Assembly (NCBI RefSeq): GCF_006345805.1 | Contig: NC_042998.1 | Location: 158,534,001-158,598,000, forward strand | Direction: 5' to 3' | Length of the DNA stretch: 64,000 nucleotides | DNA from: Octopus sinensis | Lineage: Eukaryota | Shown here: positions 54,126 to 64,000 of the stretch, piece after piece | How positions within the stretch are numbered: the stretch's first letter is position 1 | How the letters are laid out: each line of letters begins with the position of its first letter | Translations under genes and position numbers: made by a program | Notes under the pieces: generated by a model | Databases searched by the model: none | The model's input: only the letters and a program-made list of their open reading frames with translations | Told to the model about the DNA's origin: nothing

Positions 54126-54370
54126 TTCAGGAAGAAAACATTGACGTCACTAGCGTTGATCATCAACCCGAACACCATGTGACACATGCTCCTCCACCAC
54201 CGGAACCACCTGTACAGCAGCCCTCACAGCAACCAACCTACCCAGAAGCAGCATCCCTCTATCCAAGCCAACAAGAAACCATAAACGAATGTTCAGCCAG
54301 ACTTCTCTTTATGGCAGTAAAATGGGCCAAAAATTTACCATCATTTGCCAATCTCCCGTTCCGGGATCAG
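54126..54370 (+). CDS. NR2E3: NR2E3 exon, hinge end and start of LBD (helix 3 and signature), phase 1-0
   Basis: Acceptor tttttgctatttcAG at 54124-25 and donor CAG|GTTTGT at 54371. Translates (V)[17 protein letters not shown]...[32 protein letters not shown]. Phase matches the upstream exon. Confidence 0.95.
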
Positions 54371-55141
54371 GTTTGTTTCGCTTTGTTTGACTAGACTACG
54401 TCTAGTAAACCTCCTACTTTAATGTGATCCCCCCCTCCCGCCACCCTTAGAAATCACAAATATTAATCTTTCAGGACTGAAATTTATGGTTTCAGAAACA
54501 TTGTTCAATGCTAGAATCATCAACAGCTCTTTTATTGTCACTTCGCTATAGCAATGGAGCTCTTTGTACGTAGAAGTTTTTACAAGACTCTTAGCAGACC
54601 TTAATACCACACACGATGAAAAGTAGCCCACTTCGATTGAACTATTTTCAGCAGAAAGTAATGCATTTAACTGTTTTATCTATTTGTACATACACTTATG
54701 CATATGCACAATATTCAAGCGTGTTGTATATACAGTATCCTTAAATCCTTAAAAATGTTTTAGCCCGAAGGCTGCGGCCATGCTGGGGCACCACCGCTGA
54801 GATTGTATGTATACATTATGCATTGTTCTACTGTTTATCTATATTTCTAGTTATCTAACTGTGTGCAAGTATGTGTGTGTGTGTGTGTGTGTGTGTGTAG
54901 AATTATTTCATTACTAAAACATTTATTTAACTATAAATTGTTTCTATATGGAGCTTAATAGTGTTTAGTCAGTCGTAATGTGAAGACGTTTAAATCAAGT
55001 AGTTATAGTCAATTTTGTAGGAACTCCTGCCCCTCTACCAACGTTCGAAATGCCTTTTTCAGTTATTGCTATTTTGTTGTTGTTTTTTATTGTTTATTTG
55101 CAAGGATTAGATATAACCAACCTTTATGTTTCTCGTTGCAG

Positions 55142-55379
55142 GTTATACTTTTGGAAGAGGCATGGACAGAACTGTTTCTACTCTGCGCCATTCAATGGTC
55201 TTTACCTTTAGAAACGTCCCCATTGTTTGTAGTCTCTGATCCTTCACAGATAGTCAATGGTAAAACGTCGACAATTGCGGACGTTCGAATCTTACAGGAA
55301 ATTCTTGCACGTTTCAAAGCGATCCAGGTAGATCCAGCCGAATTTGCTTGTCTCAAAGCAATTGTTCTCTTTAAGCCAG
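55142..55379 (+). CDS. NR2E3: NR2E3 exon, LBD middle, phase 0-1
   Basis: Acceptor tttctcgttgcAG at 55140-41 and donor CCAG|GTAAAA at 55380. Translates VILLEEAWTELFLLCAIQWSLPLETSPLFVVSDPSQIVNGKTSTIADVRILQEILARFKAIQVDPAEFACLKAIVLFKP. Confidence 0.95.
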
Positions 55380-55922
55380 GTAAAATAACAAATGTTACAA
55401 TACCTACACATTAGAATTTGATTTTCGTATAATTTCTTTTAATTCACAGTTCTTTATATATATATATATTCAAATGTAACTTCACAACATAATCTTATCT
55501 TTATGGGTGTGGTTATAATGAGCGGTAAAAATATTTATTTATTGCACTCGAAATCAGATCGTTCAAAAGTCATTGTCTTAATTTCATTATTTATTAACAT
55601 CTTCCGTAAGCCACTAAAATCTAATGCATTCAGTATTAAACTTGCAATTAAGACGTATTAACTGAATGGGTAATGTTAACTGCCATTGGCCAAGACATTT
55701 GTTTCAGTTATTTTTTACAGAACATTCCACTATAAATGACGCAAGTAATGTGAACTGAATGAAACCGTAATATATATATATAAGACAAAAAGAGATAACA
55801 AAGCCAAGTCTGTGAGGAGTTTTCAGGACATCTATAAAGAAAGAGATATAGTCTTACGGTCTGCCCATATCACTTAGTTAGCTTACCTGCAACCTTTTAG
55901 GCCTTATAGATACCAATACCTT

Positions 55923-55964
<42 letters not shown>

Positions 55965-55966
<2 letters not shown>

Positions 55967-56693
55967 CGTGTCTTGAATGGTACAACAATGCAGAGCGGAC
56001 TATAATAACTGTTGTAATTTAATTATCCATAGTCAGATATAATATATTTCGGACTATAAAAATTCCTTCTTCAGATATCGCTAGAATTTATCGAGTCACT
56101 GCTTTAATCGGTTTTCCAACGGTTACTGGAATTTTTTTCCGGAAGCGTCTCTGCAGTGGTCTCACGAAGCTCCTTGCGGAATTCCTTATGAGAAGTGTGT
56201 GAGCGACCATGTCTCAAGCTCGTATGCGTTGGCACATCCGCAGCGCTGCTTTTAAGTTATGTATTATACATGCTGTTTCTTTTCTTTTCTTTACATAAGC
56301 ATGTTATCAAAAATGAACCAACACGCATCCAGATGTAGCTAAATAATATATTGATTGCCAACCTCCAGCCTGTTGTTAATTTGGAGCCCTTGTCTGTCTA
56401 CGAGGATAGCTTCATTAATTCTTAGACTACCCAAATTTCTTTCATTGGCCTCAATTGTGACTGTAATGTTTTTGTCGGGTGTTCCGGCATCTGTCTAGAT
56501 GTTTTCTGAAGGAGAAAGTTCTCGTGTTCAGATGTTCTCTGATGCGAATATGTAACGGTCTTATTGTGCTACCCATGTAGAACTTGTTGCATTTGCTACA
56601 TTGTATTCTATACACAACATTTACTCGTTGGCATAAATCTGTGTCACGGATGGGACAGTTAGCTAGTGAGCATTGATTGCTGTCCCTTGCTCG
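55965..56693 (-). mobile_element. Penelope-like element 3' remnant: GIY-YIG endonuclease end and pseudo-LTR
   Basis: CSLANCPI..., VVYRIQCSKCNKFYMGSTIRPLHIRIREH, then after a frameshift LRINEAILVDRQGLQINN and a stop near 56339. Followed by ~370 nt of non-coding sequence containing a hammerhead motif. Confidence 0.88.
56036..56079 (-). ncRNA. Minimal type I hammerhead ribozyme motif in the Penelope pseudo-LTR
   Basis: Minus strand reads GAUAU-CUGAAGA-A-GGA(AUUUUUAUAG)UCC-GAAA-UAUA-UU-AUAUC: 5-bp helix I, intact core, 3-bp helix II, 1-bp helix III with a palindromic UAUA loop. Confidence 0.75.
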
Positions 56694-57591
56694 TGTGTAT
56701 GTATGTATGTTTATATATATATATAGATATACATACTCCTCACACACGCACACATATACATATGCCAACATATATGTACACAGAAACACACATGATATGT
56801 CTGTGTATGTGTATGTCTGCGCGCGCGCGTCCGTGTGTATGTATGTATGTATATTGATGAACATGGTAGGCCTAGTGCCTATTTTAGAAATTATTATTAT
56901 AACAATTTCTTTGCCTTCTGTGTTCAAAACCTACGGAGTCAAATCTACTTGTCGGACTTTCAGGGTCGATACAATAAAGTACCAATCACGTACTAGAGGC
57001 GACTTTCAATTGAATTACCAGTTCCCCTAAATTAGTAACTTTGTTTCTCAATCATACTGTTTCATTTCTTTTATATTCAAAGCAGTGAAATGTGAAAGTA
57101 GTGTTAGTACTGTACTCTTTCACTTTTCCACGATGCTTTCAATTCAGCTAAGGAACGAGTACAAAAATGTAAATATACAAATGTATGATGCATATAAACT
57201 GACATTCTCATCTTTACAAAATTAAATTACAAAATTAAAGTAACATTGCAGATTTCATAGAAACATATTCTCTTTTTTTTTTACCGTTGTTTCGAAACGC
57301 TTTTGAATGTTTTCAATATATATAATAACCAGTTACGTATATATTAGTGTATAAATATATTTCTAATTACATTTTCATCCTTAAACAATTGAAGCAACAG
57401 CATTTCAAATTTTCACAAAGTGAAACAATGCAACACTTATGTTTTCATTATTCAATACACATTGCTGTCATTATTTTCCTCGGGTATTGTGCAGTAAAGA
57501 CCGTAAAAAATACATACACGCACATGCACAGTCTGCCCTCTCTTTCTTCCCCTCACTCTCTCTCATTCTCTTATCCCCTCTCTCTCTCTCA

Positions 57592-57649
<58 letters not shown>

Positions 57650-58257
57650 GCAATAACCATTTATATATGAAACAAAAAGATAATAGATGAATAAGTTGTT
57701 ATATAGAATATCAAATCAAGATGTTGCATAAATATGACTGAGAAGGAAAATGTTAGACCTTCATAAAATCATGGCAGCCGTTGGAAAGGTTCAGTGTCTG
57801 ATTGATGCTATAATGTGCATTATGCAAATAGTTGCGATCTATTCCATCGTCCGATGGAATAGATCGCAGCTTAAACATTGGCTGCCAATCGTTTGCAGGG
57901 AATGTACCACCTGCGCATCTGTTCTTGAAACAGCTGTAAGAGACTATTCGCACACGTTCTTCCTTCCTCCTTTCTTCTCATCCATCTTTGGATTCTGTCT
58001 ACGATGACGATCTTTACCTAGTAGCAAGAATTCGAACTTACTGTATGACTGTAGCATATATCTTAACCCTTATGAATATTCCCCAGCTGATCATTTATCA
58101 AACTCTTGTGATCTATACTCCTGTAATAATTCTACCCTCATGTTCAAATATATAAATGTTACAAAGACCTTATACCAGTTGTTTATACCTTTAATCTCTA
58201 CCTATTATCTATCTATTTATTTATCTATCTATTTATTTTTTCTATCTATTTATCTTT

Positions 58258-58259
<2 letters not shown>

Positions 58260-58330
<71 letters not shown>

Positions 58331-58598
58331 GTGTGTGTGTGTGTGTGTGGTGTGTGGTGTGTGTGTGGTGTGTGTGTGTGTGTGTGAGCGTGAGCGTGGT
58401 TCATATGTACAGAACATAAAAGAGAAAGACAGGTGCGGGAACAACAAGCAGTGTATTAGATTGACGCTCGGAAAGAATGGAAAAGTCTTTGACGCTTCGA
58501 GCCTGCACTCTTCGACAGAAAGGGATGAGAGAGAGAAAAAATGAGAGAGAGAGAGAGAAAAGAATTAACGGTTTAACATGATGAGTATACATGTGTGC

Positions 58599-58691
<93 letters not shown>

Positions 58692-58723
58692 TATATATAT
58701 ATTATATACATACATACATATAT

Positions 58724-58756
<33 letters not shown>

Positions 58757-58760
58757 CATA
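58260..58760. repeat. (TG)n (58260-58385) and (TA)n (58600-58760) tracts
   Basis: Direct reading. Confidence 0.9.
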
Positions 58761-60009
58761 TATCATATCCACACATAAATTAAAACAATGGTTTTGTAGT
58801 TAGGGAGGGAATTCATATATACATGGATATTATTACAATGAGTAATAATTCGTGTTGAGAGTAGAAAAGGTTTTATCGTACATGGAAGTCTCTGCCCCAC
58901 ACAACCACGTCAAATATATTGATATTGATTTATCAATTTATTTTTACATTTATTTTTGTTTTTCATTCTCATTCAGTGTTCACACTTATCTACTGTATCA
59001 GTTGCAAGTAGGCAGTAAATTCGATATTTCACTGATGGTAACAAAACCAACAGACTGGTTAATTCCATTAGAGCGCAGTGTGTCGATAATCTAGATTAAA
59101 TAGGAATTATCACTGACATGGAACACAAGTGTGCTTTTGATGCAATTTTAACTTGATAAATATTAAACAGGATCATTCGTCGTATCTGGATGAAGCACAC
59201 ATTCTGATTTACGTTTCTGTCCTCATCCATGGCTCACTGACCGGGTTATAATATATGTTTAGCAACCATTTGGTTGTTCTTTTATTAGTGTTGATGCTGT
59301 TCTTGTCATTTTGTTGTTGTCGATGTTGTTGGCAATGGTCATGAGAATGTCCTGGATTAAAAAAAAAAATTATAATAGAAACTAGTAGAGACTAGACACT
59401 GTGCAGAATCTGGTTTGGTGCAGCTGACAGCTCTTTCCTCATATCATCTTCATTCAAATCTATAAAATCATGGCAGATAGCATACACATGCAATTAACTT
59501 TTCTTTTGATTAATCTATCAATATAAATTATTATTATTATTATATTATTATTATTATAATTATTATTATTATTGGATAGGTTTTTCAATATTAGAAGTCA
59601 CACAGTCAACAACTACTATTTATTGGCACTTATTTGAAAGTAGGACGAAGGGAAAACTCGATCCCTGCGGAATTTAAAATTAGAACAAAAAGAAGTTTAA
59701 CTAAACATTCATAATATTTCACATATTCAATATATGTTAAGTTTTATACTTATTTTTTGAAAGGTTTATTTCTTCAGTTTACATGTTATATCTTAATCAT
59801 ATATTTCTTTTGATTGGTAGTTTAAACTTGTTGTTCACCAAATAACACATTTTGATATAGCCATTTTAATATAGCCATGATATAAATTGGTAATGATATA
59901 TTTAACCTATAAAATAGTATGAAGACAACGAGCTAGTTCTTCGGAGAAATTTTCGCGCAATATGAAATATAAAAACTATCAGCTAAAACTATCAATGATT
60001 TGGACGCTC

Positions 60010-60365
60010 TATTTGCAACCACATCATTTCGAGTTCAATTCTAGTTCGCAGCACCTTGGGCTATTGTCTTCTACTTTAGATCCGGACAGACCAATGCTTT
60101 TTGAATAAATTTGATTAACATAAATTTTGTAGAAGCGCTTCGTATGTGTGTGTGTGCGCGCATGTGTGTGTGTTTCAGTGTATTTGCGTTTATCCCCACT
60201 ACCAACACCATTTGACAACCAGTATTGTTTTGTTTACATCCCTGTAGTCTTGCGTTTCTCCAAAAGAGACGAATAGAATAAGTTTCAGATTTGAAAAAGA
60301 AGTACAACTTAAGACGGTACCCCAGCATGGCCGCTGTCCAATGACTGAAACAAAAGATTAAAAAG
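60010..60365 (+). mobile_element. SINE family B copy (degenerate)
   Basis: cgagttcaatt...gcaccttggg head, internal TG tract, and cggtaccccagcatggccgc..caatgactgaaac tail. Confidence 0.72.
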
Positions 60366-61842
60366 GTAAAAGATATATGACATCCTTGAGACGTTAACGC
60401 CATAAATTCCCAATCTCTACCGGTCTACATTTATTGATCAAATAGTCACTAAGCACAAGAAAATATACAGCAGAAAATACATGAGTTTCTTCATTTTTAT
60501 AGAGTGCACTAAACTTATCTGTATCGATTTATAAGAATTGAGAATTCTTATAAATCTGTCAACCAACTTCGATTCAGACGAGCTAAAATTTACCCCTACT
60601 TAAACATGGATGTTCAGTTACAACAATCTATAGTGCAGTAATTATACGATGTGAGAAACTCTCATATTGGCTTATGGTGCAAATGTACATTTGCTTATAT
60701 CACTAGCGGGCGGGAGAGGAATCGCTGCTATCTATAGCGGTCGAGCATTCATCACTGACAAGACCAAAGAAGGTCGAAATCACGTGATTTGGTGGTCTTG
60801 GTGCTGGAGATGGTGGACATTTATCTCCCCACTAGTGATATAAATGAAGAGTGCAGTTTGCACAAAAAGCCAATATGAGAGTTTCTCTTGGGGTAACTAC
60901 CGCAGTATAGTTTGTTCTTACAGAGCATTCACGTTTAAGTGAGGAGAGATATTACCTTTAGGTATTAATAATGCCTCTGCTGCCACTAAATATTTTTTAA
61001 ACAGACGAGTTTATATTTGACATAATAGAACGAGATAAAAGAAATTCAATTCAGGTTAGACTCTTTTGATTGTTTACATTTCTGTTCTTGCTTTCCAATT
61101 TGCAAACCGCAGTTATCACCAGAGGATCTAGCAAAAATGTTTCAAATGGTCCCTGAACTTTGTAGAGTTGACCCTGTTTAACAGCCATTTGTGCAAAAAT
61201 GAATACAGAAAGAAAGAAAAACGAAAAAGAAATAACTATTGAATTTTTAATCAACAGGAAATTTAATCCATTAACACTAAAATGTTGGTTCTGATGATAT
61301 TCTTCAAACGATATCACATATTCTCATAGGACTGACAATAGGAAAGTCCCGAGGGGTAATCAAAGTGATACGTTCGTTGACAACATTCAATGAGTCTTAA
61401 AAGAGTCGCATTTTCACTCTTGCAGTTTTCAAGACAAAGCACCACATCTCAAGATGTTAGTATCACATTACATATCAGATTTGAGCTTACATTTCAGGAG
61501 CAATTTGCTTCCAATCCAAAAGACGTAAAACGTTATTAATGTTTTTATAAATGTATCAGAGGAGAAAATCTCAACGTAAGATCTAGGGTGGTTCTCCTGG
61601 AGTGGTGGGATTAATGTGGCACATGCACAGTATGAATTACTACAGGTTAAAATCTACAGTAAAATGTGTACTGGAAGTGAACAGAGGTTTGAATACATAA
61701 ACGTTAAGTATGATATGACTCATCGTAATCATCATCGTCATGATCTGCATCATCATCATCATCATCATCATTATAGCCATTGTCAACAACAAGTGCGAAC
61801 AATTGTCATGTTTGAAATGCCAGTTATATTTATTAAGTCACC

Positions 61843-61901
<59 letters not shown>

Positions 61902-61924
61902 TGTTGTTATATATATAACTGTTG

Positions 61925-61997
<73 letters not shown>

Positions 61998-62000
61998 TAT
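61843..62000. repeat. (AAT)n followed by (ATT)n
   Basis: Direct reading. Confidence 0.92.
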
Positions 62001-62707
62001 TAAATAAACGAAGGAATAAAAGAAAAAGGAAAGAAACTAGGTAGGTGACGGAAATTAAGTCGGACAAGTGGGATGTGTAGAAAACACAAACTTTTTACCT
62101 CGGTCTATTGATATTCTGTGTTGCTTGGTGGTGCAGGGGTGGAAGATAGCATTTTAGATAGGATCTTAAGCCGCCGGCAGTAACAAAATATCTCTTTTCT
62201 CTTCTATATTTGTGTGTTTACTTCTTTTCTTCTCTCCGTTTTTTTTTTTTTCTATTTGTTGATGTGCGTGTGTGTGTGTTTTTGTTATTTTTCTTCTCCT
62301 TCTTTAACACCCACTAACTGATGTGGCTAGTTGAGTTTATTAATCGTTCACCGTCCCTGTTCCTGTCGGAAATTACTTGCGCCATTGATAATAAGATTTG
62401 ATGACATGCAGTGGCATCTGACGGCAGTCACGAGGCTTGCACACCTCATCGTTGAAAAAAAAAAACTCGTCATTCTCTTTATCTCTCACTCACTTTCACT
62501 CTTTCTCTCTTTCTCTCCTCTCTCTCTCTCTCTCTCTGTTTCTTTCTGATGTCCATAATATACATAAACACATCTTGATAAATACACATACAGGCAAGGA
62601 CACACATGTATATATGTATGCACAGACATACATACATACATACATAAATACATACATGCATATGTACACACACACACACATATATATATACATATATATA
62701 TACATAC

Positions 62708-62751
<44 letters not shown>

Positions 62752-64000
62752 TATATATATTATATTATATATATATATATATGGCAGACATATATTTGTA
62801 TAAACTCACATACATACAACGAACACACATATATATGTATCTCTCTCTCTATATATATATATATATAAATATATATATGTATATATGCATATATACAAAC
62901 ATACACGCGCGTGCGCACATATATATGTGTGTGTGCGTGTGTGTAGGTTTGGTGATACAAATATGGCAAATAGAGCTCAAAATATAAGAATCTCTATATT
63001 TTTATTAATATGTAACGAAGCAACAGAGTTTTTTTTTTTAACTATACCCATATATTCTAGGAGGTGTATCTCAAGTGAAATACAAATAATAACCATCATT
63101 TTCATATCCATACACATGCACAAATACATGTGAATATACATACACACAAACGTTTCCAGAAGTACTATAAAAGATATGTCTCAAGTAGAAATAAACCAAA
63201 TGCAAATTAAAGAACAGCGTCTTTTTTCTATCATAACTACTCACTCTGCTATGTGCACATTTTCGATGCCCCGCCTTCCACTCTGTTTAATTTCATTTTA
63301 TCCGCGTCTCCTTCGTTTTCACATGCATGTCAGCTTAAATTTATTTACCACCAAACTTACAGGTTAAGATATTAAACTCACAACGAAGCAAAGCGAGAGC
63401 TCTGCATGTTCATTCAATCTACTGTGCAGGACCAATGATTAATGACATTCCAACCACGACCACCAAATCTGATTTTTTTTCTTTGAAGTATCGATGTATC
63501 CAAGATCACACTTTCCATTGTGTTCTAGTACGTTATTCCTTTTAGAAGTTAAGGTGCAATTTGAAGGAGATTTAGCTGTTATTTCTTGCATCTGAGTAAT
63601 TATATAAACGTTCAGGTTCATCATACAGCTGTTGGAGGCATTCCAATCGTTGTCATCTCATCCTATTAGATGTATTAAATATTCCCTCTTTCAACGTGCT
63701 ATCTCCGTTCTTTAAAGCAGTAAGATGTAATTTTGGAGATTTGGCTGCTACTTCTTGCACCTTCAGTGATCACTTACAGGTTCCTGAGTAGGCTTTGTTT
63801 AATTCTAGTTCTATCACTTAGAAAAAATATTTACAATGATTAATTTGTCTTTTAGTTTATTAGTTATTTATGTCTACACTATCTCGACATATAATCTATC
63901 AGTTGAAACTATCTCTACAGCAACGTTGCTACACATAATTAAGCCTGAATTGCTTTATGCAATATCGCAAAATATAATTTAATTAAAACCTCTACAATAT

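Overview
AT-rich, microsatellite-saturated metazoan genomic DNA. The SINE repertoire and (AAT)n/(TA)n/(GATA)n density look like an octopus or other coleoid cephalopod (inference). The only host gene I can support is a nuclear receptor of the NR2E3 (PNR / Hr51-unfulfilled) type on the + strand. Three exons are visible (45244-45444, 54126-54370, 55142-55379), with GT-AG sites and matching phases, encoding the hinge and the first two thirds of the ligand-binding domain. I could not find the zinc-finger exons or the last LBD exons, so most of the window is probably intron. The rest is mobile DNA: two families of Dong/R4-like RLE LINE fragments in (AAT)n, a Tx1/L1-like LINE in (GATA)n, two CR1/L2-group LINEs, an RTE fragment, a mariner with TIRs, a Penelope GIY-YIG remnant, three tRNA-derived SINE families, and a ~530-bp non-coding element present three times. 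The best hidden signals are two minimal type-I hammerhead ribozyme motifs (56036-56079 minus strand, just downstream of the Penelope endonuclease; 52030-52108 plus strand, sense within an NR2E3 intron), several strongly paired hairpin elements, and apparent microsatellite target specificity of several retroelements. Almost all ORFs in the supplied track are microsatellite artefacts. Repeat boundaries were read by eye and are approximate.
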